The notes under the pieces are model-generated. The model saw only the letters and a list, made by a program, of their open reading frames with translations. It made no database searches and was not told the DNA's origin. The position numbers and the translations under genes are program-made. A stretch of 64,000 nt of DNA from Thermoanaerobaculia bacterium (GTDB lineage: Bacteria; Acidobacteriota; Thermoanaerobaculia; Multivoradales; Multivoraceae), in NCBI GenBank assembly GCA_035524895.1, contig DATLFI010000047.1:28-64027 (forward strand), given 5' to 3'. Below, in pieces: positions 46,603-59,255 of the stretch (position 1 is the first letter of the stretch; every line of letters begins with the position of its first letter).

Positions 46603-47082
46603 CTATCCGCCAGCCTCGTGCATGCCCGCCGAGCAGGCCGCGTCGCCGTCGGCCAGTACCTCGTCGGGACACACCGCGCCGGCCCACAGCGCGCCATCGA
46701 GCGACGCGGCGTTGTCGATCTCGGCGCTCGAGAGGTCTGCTCCGCGCAGGTCGGTGCCGCGAAGCGATGCGCCCGAGAAGTCCACCAGCCGGAGATCCGC
46801 GCCGCGCAGGTCGGCGCGGTCGAGCATCGCTCCCTGAAGACGCGCGCCTATCAGTCGACTGCCCGACAAGTCGGCGTCACGAAGGTCGCAACCCCGCAGG
46901 TCGGCGAACTCGAAGCTGCGGTCTGGCCAGTCGAGATTGCTGCGGGCAGAGGCACAGTCAGCGGAGCTGGAGAAGGCGAGCTCGGAGGCGCCGTCGAGTC
47001 CGCCCGAACCGGTCGCCGGCAGCGAGGGCGAGAGCATCAGGAGCGATGCGATCTGGAGGGTCCAGAAGAGGGATTGGGCCAC
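46603..47082 (-). CDS. Secreted pentapeptide-repeat protein
   Basis: Signal peptide, then tandem A(D/N)LxG pentapeptide repeats (ADLRGCDLRDADLSGSRLIGARLQGAMLDRADLRGADL...). Confidence 0.6.
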   Translation of the reverse strand: MAQSLFWTLQIASLLMLSPSLPATGSGGLDGASELAFSSSADCASARSNLDWPDRSFEFADLRGCDLRDADLSGSRLIGARLQGAMLDRADLRGADLRLVDFSGASLRGTDLRGADLSSAEIDNAASLDGALWAGAVCPDEVLADGDAACSAGMHEAGG

Positions 47083-47304
47083 GGCAGGATCTCCGCTGCT
47101 TCGGGATCGCCTGGCGCGGAACGCGCCTCGACGGCTCCGAATCTTTGACGACCAGCGGGAATGCCGATCGTCTTGGTCTCGTACCGTTCAACGTTCGAGC
47201 CGCCCCCTTGGTTTCTGAGGGTTTCTTCACGAACACAGCCGAACGGCCTCTCTTGCAGAGTTCTCCGCGCTACCTCCGGAACCCCTCGGGCCCCGACCCC
47301 GTCG

Positions 47305-48192
47305 TCACTCGGGGCTCATCGCAGTCTCGGGTTGGCGCAGCAGCACGCCGTCGGCCCAGACGATGTCCTGCTCGGCCCGTTCGGCAGGGAACGCTCCGGA
47401 ACGGTAGACATCTTCGAATCGACCGTCGGCGCCGGCGGACCGCACGAGGAAGCGCGGCAGGGACGGATCGCGAGGTTCGAGCCAGCCCCGCACTTCGAGC
47501 GGCTGGCCCCAACCGTCGACGAGAGGTACGCGCGGTAGGAAAGCGGGCGACAAGAGGCGTTCGAGGTGACGAGGGTCGAGCTCCGGGTAGGCGTTGGGAT
47601 CTACCAGCCGCGGTCCGGTCGCCAGGCCCCGGATCGCCGGCCATCCCAGCGCGCGGTCGGCGAGCAGGAGCGCGGCGTCCATGTCGCGTGTGGTGACGGG
47701 AGCACCGGCCCGAGCTGCCTCGGACCATTCCCACCAGGCGCGTCCGAGGCGTCGGACCGTGACTACGGTCTCTCGCTGTGCGAGCGTCTCGGTGTCGAGC
47801 CGAGCGTCCGTGGCGAGGCCGGCAAGCAGCACCAGGAGAGCCACCTGCAACAGCGATCCGACGGCGGCCAGAAGTAGACCGGGAACGACCCGCCACGACG
47901 ACGCAGCGAGCGCACCGGCAACGCCGGCGGCGAGGCCGGCTACGAGCAGGCCCGCGATCGCGCCCGGCGATTCGACGACTGCCAACATCGGAGCCCAGAA
48001 GATCCAGGGCGCGGCCCAGGGCAAGAGGGCCCGCAGCCGCGCGCGCCGGCGGCGATCCTCACGCTCCTGGCGATTCGGCGAGCCAAAGGAATCTGCGTGC
48101 TCGACGAGCAATTCGAAGCGATGAGCTGCCCACCCGATCAGCCGCCACACGACCACCAGGAGCACACCCACCACCGCAAAGTCGACGATCAT
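47305..48192 (-). CDS. Hypothetical membrane protein
   Basis: Several N-terminal TM helices and a soluble C-terminal domain; no recognisable family. Confidence 0.4.
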   Translation of the reverse strand: MIVDFAVVGVLLVVVWRLIGWAAHRFELLVEHADSFGSPNRQEREDRRRRARLRALLPWAAPWIFWAPMLAVVESPGAIAGLLVAGLAAGVAGALAASSWRVVPGLLLAAVGSLLQVALLVLLAGLATDARLDTETLAQRETVVTVRRLGRAWWEWSEAARAGAPVTTRDMDAALLLADRALGWPAIRGLATGPRLVDPNAYPELDPRHLERLLSPAFLPRVPLVDGWGQPLEVRGWLEPRDPSLPRFLVRSAGADGRFEDVYRSGAFPAERAEQDIVWADGVLLRQPETAMSPE

Positions 48193-48232
48193 CGGCCCGG
48201 CGCCTCCCGCCAGGTCTGCAGGCGCAGCTGCG

Positions 48233-50373
<2,141 letters not shown>

Positions 50374-50377
<4 letters not shown>

Positions 50378-51369
50378 CGATTCTCTCCTTTCGGCTCGAG
50401 CGCTGCGAAGAAGTCGATCAGCAGGTCGTTCACCTCCTGCGGCCGCTCTTGCTGCACCCAGTGCCCGGCACCCGGCAGCAGGTGCAGACCCCGCAGGCCG
50501 GGAACCCAGGGCCTCATCTGCGCTTCGAGCTTGTCCTTCCAGGGGGCGATCACCATGTCCCGCTCGCCGGCGATGAAGAGCGCCGGCTGCTCGACGCGGG
50601 CCTCCGCGAGCTGGGGAGTGGTCTCCCAGTTGCGATGGAAATTGCGGTAGTAGTTGATGCCGCCGCGGAATCCGGTGCACGTGAACTCCTGGACGTAGTA
50701 GTCGAGCTCGTGCGGCAGGAGCCAGGGCGGCGACTCCTTGGGCTGACCGAGACGAGAGATCCAGCCCCCTGCCGCGCGCCTCGGATCGGTCACCGGCGGC
50801 ACCTCGCGCGCGACCCCAGGCGAGGCATACAGCCGTTCGAGGATGCCGCGCGGGTCGGCGTCGAACTCGGCCTCCGCGATGCCCGGCTCCTGGAAGTAGA
50901 GGATGTAGAAGAACCGGTCGCCGAAGTTGAGCTCGAGCGCGTCGATCAGCGAGGTCTCACCCCGACCACGGTACGGCACGCTCAGACCGGCGACCGCACG
51001 TGTCCGCTCCGGGCGGAGCAGCGCAAAGGTCCAGGCCACGATCGCGCCCCAGTCGTGGCCGACCACCACCGCCTGCTCCTGGCCGAAGTGGTCGATCAGA
51101 CCCACGAGATCGTCGCACAGGTGGTGGATGTCGTAGTCGGACACGGCAGGAGGCGCGTCGGTGCCACCGTAGCCGCGCATGTCCGGCGCGACCGCGTGAT
51201 ACCCCGCCTCGGCGAGCGCCGGGAGCTGATGCCGCCACGAGTACCCGAGCTCGGGCCAGCCGTGCACCAGCAGCACCAGCGGGCCTTCGCCCGCCTCCGC
51301 GATGCGCATGGTGAGCCCGTTGTTCTGGATCGCGCGGATCTCGATCCTCGGATTGCCTTTCGCGGACAT
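50374..51369 (-). CDS. Alpha/beta hydrolase, epoxide-hydrolase-like
   Basis: HGWPE oxyanion motif and GHDWGA nucleophile motif; 4-bp overlap with the S9 peptidase start. Confidence 0.75.
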
Positions 51370-51409
51370 CGGGTTCCTCTCCGTTGACCTTGGGCCGTCG
51401 TGGTTGCCT

Positions 51410-52996
51410 TCAGGGACAGGTGGCGAATGCGCCGGTGTCGGCGATCGGCTGGAATGGCTGCCCCTGCGCGCTTTGGTACTCGCGTCGCTCTCCGCTCGCA
51501 GTATCCACGACTTCGAGAACGACCTCCAGATCGGTGAGCCCAGCCGCGAACAGCCAGAAGCGGTCGTGAACCGCGCAAGCGTCGAGCACCTTGACCACGA
51601 GCTCCAGGTTGGCGCGGTCGAAGAACCAGAACGCTCCGGTGTCGGCGGTGATGGTCTCGGCCGCCCCGGCCCCCGAATCCGTGCTCGATCGCCAGGTCGC
51701 GCGAACGCGGAAGCGTTCCTGCGCCAGGCACAGCGACGTCGGGTCCGTGATGCACTCGGAAGGCAGCTCCGGTATCGGTCCATGTCGCGCGAGCCTCGAG
51801 ACATCACCTTCGGCGCTCAGCAGGTAGACCTCCCCCGCGAGGTCCTCGCCGAAACTGAGCAGCCCGCCCTGTCGCAGCTCGAGCTCTGTAGCTGACCAGT
51901 CTCCCTCGCCCTGCCTGCTCGCCGCGAACAGGCGACCGCTGCAGTAGTCCCCGTAGAGGTAACGGCCGTAGAGCTCGGGGATCGCCTTGCCGCGGTACAC
52001 GTACCCTCCGATGACCGAGCAGTTGCCGCCGACATGTAGGTACTCGAGCACTGGAGGCGTCAGGCTCGGGTCGCCGCACGGCGGCACCCCCGCGGGACAC
52101 CCGGCGATGCCGTTGGCGCAGGCTGTGCCCTCCATCATCCGCCAGCCGTAGTTGCGTCCTCCCGCGCTGCCTGCTGGCTCGAAGTCGATCTCCTCTCTCG
52201 CGTCCTGCCCGACGTCGGCGATGTAGAGATCGCCCCCGAGGCGGTCGAACGAGAATCGCCACGGGTTGCGCAGCCCCACTGCCCAGGCTTCGTCGGGAAA
52301 GTCACCCGGACCCAGGAACGGGTTGTCCGCCGGGATCGCGTAGAAAGGCGCCGCGTCGACGCGGCCGTCGAAATCGAGCCGGAGCAGCTTGCCCAGCAGC
52401 GAATCGCGTCGCTGCGCATGACACAGCGGGTCGTTGAACGAGCCGCCGTCGCCCAGGCTGACCCACAGCATGCCGTCCGGGCCGAACTGGAGCTGACCGC
52501 CGTGGTGCCGGTATGGGAAGGGGTGCGGAACCACCAGCAGGAAAGCCTCGCTCTGCGGATCGGCGAGGTTCGGGTCGTGGTTGCTGCGGCGGAAGCGCGA
52601 CACCACGCTGGCGCCGTCGGGCAGACGGCTGTAGAAGACCACGAACCAGCCGTTCTCGTCGTAACGGGGGTGGAACGCCATGCTGAACAGACCCTGCTCG
52701 AGCCCGACCTGCACTCGGTCCGTTAGGTCGAGGAACGGCGTGCCGCTGACCGCGCCGTCCTCGATCAGCAGGATACGGCCCGGCTTCTCCGTCACGAACA
52801 GCCGATCGTCACCGGCGTGTGTGAGGTACGTCGGCGACTCGAGCTTCTCGGCCACCCGCTCGAGGTACAGGTCCACGCAGCGGGCGGGCGAGCCGGTGCC
52901 TGTTGCCAACAGGGGCAGGACCGTCAAGAGGCTCAGGCCACGGGCTACCCAGACTGCCGGGAAGCCTGGCACATCGAATCCGCCGCGCTTGGACAC
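51410..52996 (-). CDS. PQQ-dependent sugar dehydrogenase (soluble aldose dehydrogenase / GSDH family) beta-propeller
   Basis: Signal peptide; NYGWRMMEG-type motif and propeller repeats. Confidence 0.65.
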   Translation of the reverse strand: MSKRGGFDVPGFPAVWVARGLSLLTVLPLLATGTGSPARCVDLYLERVAEKLESPTYLTHAGDDRLFVTEKPGRILLIEDGAVSGTPFLDLTDRVQVGLEQGLFSMAFHPRYDENGWFVVFYSRLPDGASVVSRFRRSNHDPNLADPQSEAFLLVVPHPFPYRHHGGQLQFGPDGMLWVSLGDGGSFNDPLCHAQRRDSLLGKLLRLDFDGRVDAAPFYAIPADNPFLGPGDFPDEAWAVGLRNPWRFSFDRLGGDLYIADVGQDAREEIDFEPAGSAGGRNYGWRMMEGTACANGIAGCPAGVPPCGDPSLTPPVLEYLHVGGNCSVIGGYVYRGKAIPELYGRYLYGDYCSGRLFAASRQGEGDWSATELELRQGGLLSFGEDLAGEVYLLSAEGDVSRLARHGPIPELPSECITDPTSLCLAQERFRVRATWRSSTDSGAGAAETITADTGAFWFFDRANLELVVKVLDACAVHDRFWLFAAGLTDLEVVLEVVDTASGERREYQSAQGQPFQPIADTGAFATCP

Positions 52997-53034
52997 ATCG
53001 CAAGCGTAACGTCACGCGCGCCGATCACGAGCTC

Positions 53035-53271
53035 GTGACCTGGGGGCCGTACCGGTACGAGCGGCACCCGATGTACCCGACGTTCCTGTTGCTCTCCGCC
53101 GGCATGTTCCTGCTCACCGCCCACTGGGTCATCGGTCTCCCTCCGTTCCTGGGCGTGGCGCTGGTCATGGCGTTCCGCACGCCGCGCGAGGAAGCGATGA
53201 TGATCGAGCGCTTCGGTGAGGAGTACAGAAGCTACGCCAACAGCGTCGGACGCTACCTGCCGCGGCCCTGA
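53035..53271 (+). pseudogene. Isoprenylcysteine carboxyl methyltransferase (ICMT/PEMT)-family C-terminal fragment
   Basis: LVTWGPYRYERHPMYPTFLLL...REEAMMIERFGEEYRSYANSVGRYLP is the conserved ICMT C-terminus. The N-terminal TM region is absent; the upstream ORF overlaps the dehydrogenase gene on the other strand. Confidence 0.4.
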
Positions 53272-53336
53272 GGTGGAAACCGGCGTAGAATCTGTGGCGA
53301 AATCCGTCGAACAGCTCGACTCGCGGGGAGGGGTTC

Positions 53337-53588
53337 ATGCGCCTCGACAAGGTGGCTCTCGGCTTGGCCGCCGGCATCCTCTGGGGAGCCGGTATCTTCC
53401 TGCTCACGCTGTGGTGCCACTACCGCGGCGGCGGCAACACTCTGATCCTGCTCAGCCAAGTGTACCTGGGCTACAGCGTGAGCCTCCCAGGAGCCTTCAT
53501 CGGGCTCGTGTGGGGGTTCGTCGACGGCTTCCTGGGCGGCTGGCTGCTGGCCTGGCTGTACAACCGGTTCGCCCGCGACGCCAAGTGA
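53337..53588 (+). CDS. Small hydrophobic membrane protein (2-3 TM), hypothetical
   Basis: 83 aa, strongly hydrophobic, with GGGGAGGGG RBS-like sequence ~8 nt upstream of the ATG. Confidence 0.45.
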   Translation: MRLDKVALGLAAGILWGAGIFLLTLWCHYRGGGNTLILLSQVYLGYSVSLPGAFIGLVWGFVDGFLGGWLLAWLYNRFARDAK

Positions 53589-53658
53589 GGTCGGTTCGGG
53601 CGCCGCGTCTCGCCGAGGTTCGCGAGGCCGGCTCAGGGGACTCGCCAGGTCGACCGAC

Positions 53659-55341
53659 CTAGCGAGAGAACACCACCTCGCCGCCGACCACGGTGGCGAC
53701 CACTTTTGCGTCGTCGATCTCTTCGGGTGAGATCTCGAAGGGGTCGCGGTCGAGCACGACCAGGTCGGCGAGCGTTCCGGGGCGCAGAGCGCCCTTGCGC
53801 TCCTCCTCGAACGAGGCGTAGGCGCCTGACGCGGTGTAGGCGCGCAGCGCCTCCTCCAGCGCGATCCTCTGCTCTGGCACCCAGCCACCAGGGTGCGCGT
53901 GGTCGAGGGTCTGGCGGGTGAGCGCGGCGTAGATGCCTTCGAGCGGGGTCGGCGGCGCGACGAACCAATCGCTGCCGAAGGCGACGCGCGCTCCGGCGTC
54001 GAGCAGCGAGCGGAAGGCGTAGGTGCCCTTCGCGCGTTCGGGTCCGATAACCCTGTCGGCCCATCGTCCATCGTCGATCGCGTGGTACGGCTGCATGCTC
54101 GGGATCACCCCGAGCTCTGCGAAGCGCGGCACTTCCTGGGGACGCAGGTGCTGGGCGTGCTCGACGCGGAAGCGGCGGTCGCGCGCGCCGTTCTTCGCGA
54201 TCGCTGAGGCGAACAGGTCGAGCAGCAGCGCGTTGGCGCGGTCGCCAATGGCATGGACGGTGACGTGAAGGCCCACGGCGTCTGCGCCCTCGATCCACGA
54301 CCGCAGGTCCTTCTCGGTGTTGACCAGCAGCCCGCGGTCGCCGGGGGCGTCGGTGAACGGCTCGAAGAACGCTGCTGTGTGCGAGCCGAGCGAGCCGTCG
54401 ACGAAGCCCTTGAGCAGGCCGGTGCGCAGCCACGCGTCGCCACTCCCGTGCTGCCGCACGTGCGCCGCCAGCCGCTCCCAGGTCGCCAGCGGCACCGCGG
54501 CGTAGACACGCGTGCGGAGGCGGCCCGCGGCCCGTGCTCGCTCGAAGACCTCGAGGTCCTCCCAGGTGCCCATGTGATGCACCGTGGTGACACCCTGCGC
54601 CGCGACGTAGGCCATGGCGGCGTCGAGCGCGCGGTCTTGCAGCTCCGGCGATGGCGTGGGTACCACCCGTGCCACCAGCTCCATGGCGTTGTCCTTGAGC
54701 ACGCCGGTAGGCCGCCCGGCGGCGTCGCGGACGATCGCGCCGCCCTCAGGGTCGGGTGTCGCGCCCGTCACGCCGGCCGCCTCGAGCGCGCGCGTGTTGG
54801 CGAGCGCCATGTGCCCATCGAGCCGGTTCACCCACACCGGATGGTCAGGCGTCACCGAGTCGATCCAGTCGCGCGACGGCAGCTCGCCGCCCCAACGCTC
54901 GTGGTCCCAGTCGCCGCCGCTGATCCAGGTGCCCGCGGGCACGGTGCCCGCAAAAGCGGCGAGGCGCTCGGTGAAGTCGGCGGGCGTCGCAGCGTCCCGG
55001 AGCAGCACCGACGACAGCCGGAAGCCGCCCTCCAGGAAGTGCACGTGCGCGTCGACGAAGCCGGGCGTCACGAGCGCGCCACCGGCATCGATCACCTCGG
55101 TGTCGGGACCGAGCAGCGGGGCGATCTCCGCGGCGCTGCCGACCGCCGCGATGGTGTCGCCGCGGATCGCCACTGCCTCCGCCCACGGACGAGCCGTGTC
55201 GCCGGTCCAGACTCGGGCGTTGGTGACGGCGAGTGTCACGGGGGCGTCACCCGCCGTCGATTGCGTCTTCGGGGTTGGCTGGCAGCCCAGCACGAGCCAG
55301 GGTAGCGTCACAACGAGGGGTACCGCCACGACGATCCTCAT
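53659..55341 (-). CDS. Metal-dependent amidohydrolase (Amidohydro_3 / YtcJ-like) lipoprotein
   Basis: Lipobox LVLGC; TPGFVDAHVHF metal-binding motif; further His and Asp ligands; ATGA overlap with the upstream gene stop. Confidence 0.75.
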   Translation of the reverse strand: MRIVVAVPLVVTLPWLVLGCQPTPKTQSTAGDAPVTLAVTNARVWTGDTARPWAEAVAIRGDTIAAVGSAAEIAPLLGPDTEVIDAGGALVTPGFVDAHVHFLEGGFRLSSVLLRDAATPADFTERLAAFAGTVPAGTWISGGDWDHERWGGELPSRDWIDSVTPDHPVWVNRLDGHMALANTRALEAAGVTGATPDPEGGAIVRDAAGRPTGVLKDNAMELVARVVPTPSPELQDRALDAAMAYVAAQGVTTVHHMGTWEDLEVFERARAAGRLRTRVYAAVPLATWERLAAHVRQHGSGDAWLRTGLLKGFVDGSLGSHTAAFFEPFTDAPGDRGLLVNTEKDLRSWIEGADAVGLHVTVHAIGDRANALLLDLFASAIAKNGARDRRFRVEHAQHLRPQEVPRFAELGVIPSMQPYHAIDDGRWADRVIGPERAKGTYAFRSLLDAGARVAFGSDWFVAPPTPLEGIYAALTRQTLDHAHPGGWVPEQRIALEEALRAYTASGAYASFEEERKGALRPGTLADLVVLDRDPFEISPEEIDDAKVVATVVGGEVVFSR

Positions 55342-57089
55342 CGGAGCCGTCGCCATTCCTTCAGGTCGAAGCTCTTCGGCGCCGTTGCCTCGAGCCGCTT
55401 CAGGATCTTCGGCAGGTACATGGTGTTGTAGCGCAACCGCGATAGGTGGTTGCCGTTCTCGTGGTCGCCGTTCCAGCAGTGCTCGGCGCGGTCGCCGTAG
55501 TCGACCTCGCCGCCGTAGTAGGGGTCCTTGGTCGACTCGAGGAACTCCTCCACCAGGTACACGGCATTGTTGAGGTAGTAGTTGTCCATGTCGCCGCAGT
55601 AGATGTGGAGCTTGCCGGCGAGCTTGGGCCCGAGCGTCTTCCAGTCGCGGCGGAGGATATGCCCGAGGTCGTAGTTCTCGAGCCAGTGGGCGGCGACTGC
55701 CTTGTCGATGACGCCGGTACGTTTGTCCCAGATCGGCTTCGGGTAGCCGTCGTCGCCCACCGGCGAGTACACCGCCTGCCACACGTCCCATTGGTCGCCG
55801 GAGCGGCCGTTCTCGCCGAGCACCAGCTCATAGTGGCCGTACTCGCGCAGCGTGATGTCGACGTGGCCAAGCCAGTTGCGGTGGCCGGGACGCTCGATGA
55901 CCTTGAAGTCGCCCTGGACCCAGTAAGCGTTCTCGTCCTGGTACAGGTCCACCAGAGTGTAGGCGCGGAAGTCGATCGGGTCGGGGCAGGCGACGAAGGC
56001 ACCGTTGTACTCGTCCGGGTAGAAGAGCTGCACCGCCATCGCTTCCCAGCCTCCGGTCGATCCGCCGTACGTGAAGCGCGCCCAGCCCTCGCCGATGCCG
56101 CGGAACTCCTTCTCGATGTGGGGGATCAGCTCGTACTGGATGGCATCGCCGTAGGGTCCGAGGTTCGCAGAGTTGACCGCGTAGGAGTCGTCGTAGAACG
56201 GGTTGGCGTGCTGGATCTCGATCACCAGGAAGCGCGGAAAGTCCGGCGAGATCCACTGCCGATAAAAATCGTACGCCTCTTGCTGCTCGACGCGGTTGTA
56301 GCACTCGACCTGGAAGCGCTCGGAGTACTCGCACAGCAGGTCTTGGTCGGGCGGCTCGGTGCGGAAGCCGCCGAAATCGGCCGGAAAATGCCCGTGGAAC
56401 ACCATCAGCGGGTAGCGCGCCTCGGTGTGGTCGTCGAAGCCCTCGGGCACGAGCACGTGAGCGCCCAAGAACATGTCGCGCCCCCAGAACGTCGAGAGCT
56501 TTTCGCTGCGGATCTTCACGTGGCGCACGTACTTGGTGTCCGCGGGGGTCTCGAGCGGCTGGTTGATCCGGTCGAGCGTGATCTCGACGGTGCCGGTGGC
56601 GCTGGGGTCGACGCGCAGCCGCTGCGGCGTGCTCGACAGATTGCCGGGGGCCACCCGCCAGTTCTGACCCTCGCCGCGGTCGGGCGGAAGCCGGATGGTC
56701 TTGCCGTGCGCCGGGGTGAACGTCTCGTACTCGTGCAGCACCGCCTGCACCCAGTACTCCCCCGGTGGCACCTCGGCGAGACTCGCGATCGGAAAGCCGA
56801 AGACTTCGGCATCGAAGCTGGCGCGTCCGCCGCGCCCGAGCTCCTCCACGTCGACGCCGAAGATCTGGGCGCCGGTGAGCCCCGGCGAGACCTGAAAACG
56901 CGGCTCGGGTTCCTGGCGCTTGGCGAAGATCAGGATCACGCGGCCGTCGCGCGGCCGGTCCGCCAGCGCCTCCGCGACGCCGACGGTGATCTCGAATGCG
57001 GTGGCGGGCAGGGCTCCGCCCGCCAGGAATACCGAGAGGCAGAGGGTCGTGAGGCAAAGGATCGACCGTCGAGTCCTGGGATGGCTCAT
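55338..57089 (-). CDS. Secreted esterase-like alpha/beta-hydrolase-family protein
   Basis: Signal peptide; FTYGGSTGGW resembles the GxSxGG elbow of putative-esterase family proteins; 583 aa. Confidence 0.45.
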   Translation of the reverse strand: MSHPRTRRSILCLTTLCLSVFLAGGALPATAFEITVGVAEALADRPRDGRVILIFAKRQEPEPRFQVSPGLTGAQIFGVDVEELGRGGRASFDAEVFGFPIASLAEVPPGEYWVQAVLHEYETFTPAHGKTIRLPPDRGEGQNWRVAPGNLSSTPQRLRVDPSATGTVEITLDRINQPLETPADTKYVRHVKIRSEKLSTFWGRDMFLGAHVLVPEGFDDHTEARYPLMVFHGHFPADFGGFRTEPPDQDLLCEYSERFQVECYNRVEQQEAYDFYRQWISPDFPRFLVIEIQHANPFYDDSYAVNSANLGPYGDAIQYELIPHIEKEFRGIGEGWARFTYGGSTGGWEAMAVQLFYPDEYNGAFVACPDPIDFRAYTLVDLYQDENAYWVQGDFKVIERPGHRNWLGHVDITLREYGHYELVLGENGRSGDQWDVWQAVYSPVGDDGYPKPIWDKRTGVIDKAVAAHWLENYDLGHILRRDWKTLGPKLAGKLHIYCGDMDNYYLNNAVYLVEEFLESTKDPYYGGEVDYGDRAEHCWNGDHENGNHLSRLRYNTMYLPKILKRLEATAPKSFDLKEWRRLR

Positions 57090-57392
57090 CGGTGTGGGCT
57101 CCCGTGTGTGACCGGCGTTGCGCGGTCACTCTGCCACAGCGATCCTCTGCGGTGACCGTAACAGCACTCCCTGTGTTATGCTGTAACAGCATTTACGCCA
57201 CGACATCCAATCATGAGCCTGAGGTTCGCATCGCGCGCGCTCCGCTCCACGGCACTCCTTGTCGCGTTCGGACTCGGTCTGGCGGTCCTGGCCGTAACGC
57301 CGGCAATCGGCGAGGAGCGGCTCGAGTGACTGTACCGGCGGTGACGCCGGTGTGACCGCCCGGACGCGGAAGGTCTGGAAGAATGCCGTCCG

Positions 57393-59255
57393 ATGGCTGC
57401 CGGACATGTGACCGTTGGGAGCCGGCGCACCCCCCTGGCGCTGGCACAGACCGAGCTCGTGGCTCGCCGGCTCGCGCGCGCAGGCTTCTCGGTGCAGGTG
57501 CTCACCCTGGCGACCGGCGGCGACCGCAGCCTCGGCGGCAGCCTGGCGACCGCCAAGGGCCTGTTCACCGCCGAGCTCGATCGGGCGTTGCTCGCCGGTA
57601 ACGTCGACCTCGCCGTCCACTCGCTCAAGGACTTGCCGCTCGAGCAGGATCCCAGGCTCGAGCTCGCGGCCGTGCCGGCGCGCGAGCACGCCAACGATCT
57701 GCTCGTGTTGCGGCGCGAGGACTCGCGGACGCTCGGCGCTCACCCGCTGACCGCCTTCGCCGACGATGCCGTCCTGGCCGTGGAGGCCGCGGAGGCGTTC
57801 GCCGCCCTCCCCCTCGGCGCGACGATCGGCACGTCGTCGCCACGTCGGCAGAGCGGTGCCCTGGCGCTGCGGCCCGACCTCGTGTGCGTCGGCGTGCGCG
57901 GCTCGGTCGAGCGCCGGCTCGAGCGGCTTCGGAGTGGTGCCGTCGATGCGCTGCTGCTCGCCGAGGCCGGCGTGGTCCGGCTGCTGCGCGAGCATGCCCT
58001 GTCCGTCGACTCCGGTGGTGGCAACGCCTACGCCCCCGGCATCGGGTTGAGCGCCTTCCGCCTCGAGCTCGCGAGCTGGCCAGCGGCGCCAGGTCAGGGC
58101 GCGCTCGCCGTGCAGGTGCTCGCGAACCGCCCCTGGAGCGGCAGCACCAGCATCGAGGCGCTCGACCATCGGCCGTCGCGCCGGTCTGCCGAGCTCGAGC
58201 GGGAGCTGCTGGAGGCAGTGGGCGGCGGTTGTGCTCTCCCCTTCGGTGCCAGCGCCGACGGCTCGTCGATCCACGCTGCGCTCGCCGCCGAGAGCTGGCG
58301 CGCGTTCGCGGGAGTCGGCGCCGCGCCGACCGTCGTGCGGCGCAGCTTCCCGCTCGACGGCTTCGACCCGGGGATCGCCGCCAACGAGCTGCGGGCGGCC
58401 ATCGCGCGGGTCGGAACCTCGACGGTCCCTTCGGTCCCCGCGCTGCGGCTCGACGCCGCCGAGACGCCGCCACGACTGGTCGTGACCTCGACACCGGCCG
58501 CCGCCGCCCGGCTCACCAGCGGCCTCGTGCGCCAGGGTGTCGCGCTTCCAGGCTCCAGCATCGGGAGCACGGGGGTGCCGAGCGCGGTCGCTGCCCTCGA
58601 GGTCACCGTGCGTCGTGCGCTACCTGGCCCGTGGCCGGTCGACCAGATCCTTCTGGGCGAGAGCAGGCAGCGCTGGCCGTGGGTGCTGGTCAGTTCGCCG
58701 GGCGCGGCAGCGGTCCTGGTCGAGCGCGCGGCGACCGAGCCAGTCTGGCTGCGACTGGCCTGGTGCGCTCTCGGCGAGGGCACCGCGCGGGCCCTGCTCG
58801 AGCTCGGCGTCCCCGCCGGGCTGTGCGCTGGCTCGCGCGACGCGTCCGGATTTGCCGACTTCGCGCTGCGCCACCTGGACCCGGAGTCGCCGCTGTTCCT
58901 GCCGCAGTCGGCGCTCGCCTCGCCCGCGCTGGCGGCGCGGCTGCGGACGCGCGGCCGAAGCGTGGTGGCGTGGCCGGCCTACACCGTCGAGCCCCGCACC
59001 GAGCTGAGCTGGCCCGCCGGCTGGGACCCGCCGGCCGCGGTGCTGTTCACGGCTCCCTCGGCCGTGGCGGCCTGGGTCGCCAACGAGCTGCCGTGGCCGA
59101 CCGAATCGTGGGCGATGGGCGATGCAACGCAACGCGAGCTCGAGCGGCTCGGCGCGCCGGCGATCCGCCGGACCGAGGCGCCGGCGCCAGCGCACGACGC
59201 GTCGGCCGAGACGGCAGATGCCGATCGCACGCTCACCGAGAGGTGCGCCCCTTGA
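57393..59255 (+). CDS. hemC: Hydroxymethylbilane synthase fused to uroporphyrinogen-III synthase-like domain (HemC-HemD)
   Basis: N-terminus VGSRRTPLALAQTELV...HSLKDLP (porphobilinogen deaminase) and a ~300-aa C-terminal extension. The HemD-like assignment for the extension is an inference. Confidence 0.7.
   Translation: MAAGHVTVGSRRTPLALAQTELVARRLARAGFSVQVLTLATGGDRSLGGSLATAKGLFTAELDRALLAGNVDLAVHSLKDLPLEQDPRLELAAVPAREHANDLLVLRREDSRTLGAHPLTAFADDAVLAVEAAEAFAALPLGATIGTSSPRRQSGALALRPDLVCVGVRGSVERRLERLRSGAVDALLLAEAGVVRLLREHALSVDSGGGNAYAPGIGLSAFRLELASWPAAPGQGALAVQVLANRPWSGSTSIEALDHRPSRRSAELERELLEAVGGGCALPFGASADGSSIHAALAAESWRAFAGVGAAPTVVRRSFPLDGFDPGIAANELRAAIARVGTSTVPSVPALRLDAAETPPRLVVTSTPAAAARLTSGLVRQGVALPGSSIGSTGVPSAVAALEVTVRRALPGPWPVDQILLGESRQRWPWVLVSSPGAAAVLVERAATEPVWLRLAWCALGEGTARALLELGVPAGLCAGSRDASGFADFALRHLDPESPLFLPQSALASPALAARLRTRGRSVVAWPAYTVEPRTELSWPAGWDPPAAVLFTAPSAVAAWVANELPWPTESWAMGDATQRELERLGAPAIRRTEAPAPAHDASAETADADRTLTERCAP

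Noticed and set aside
53633-54433. ORFs overlapping the amidohydrolase in other frames (for example 53253-54071, 53633-54433)
   Set aside because: Low-complexity; the amidohydrolase frame carries the metal-binding motifs.
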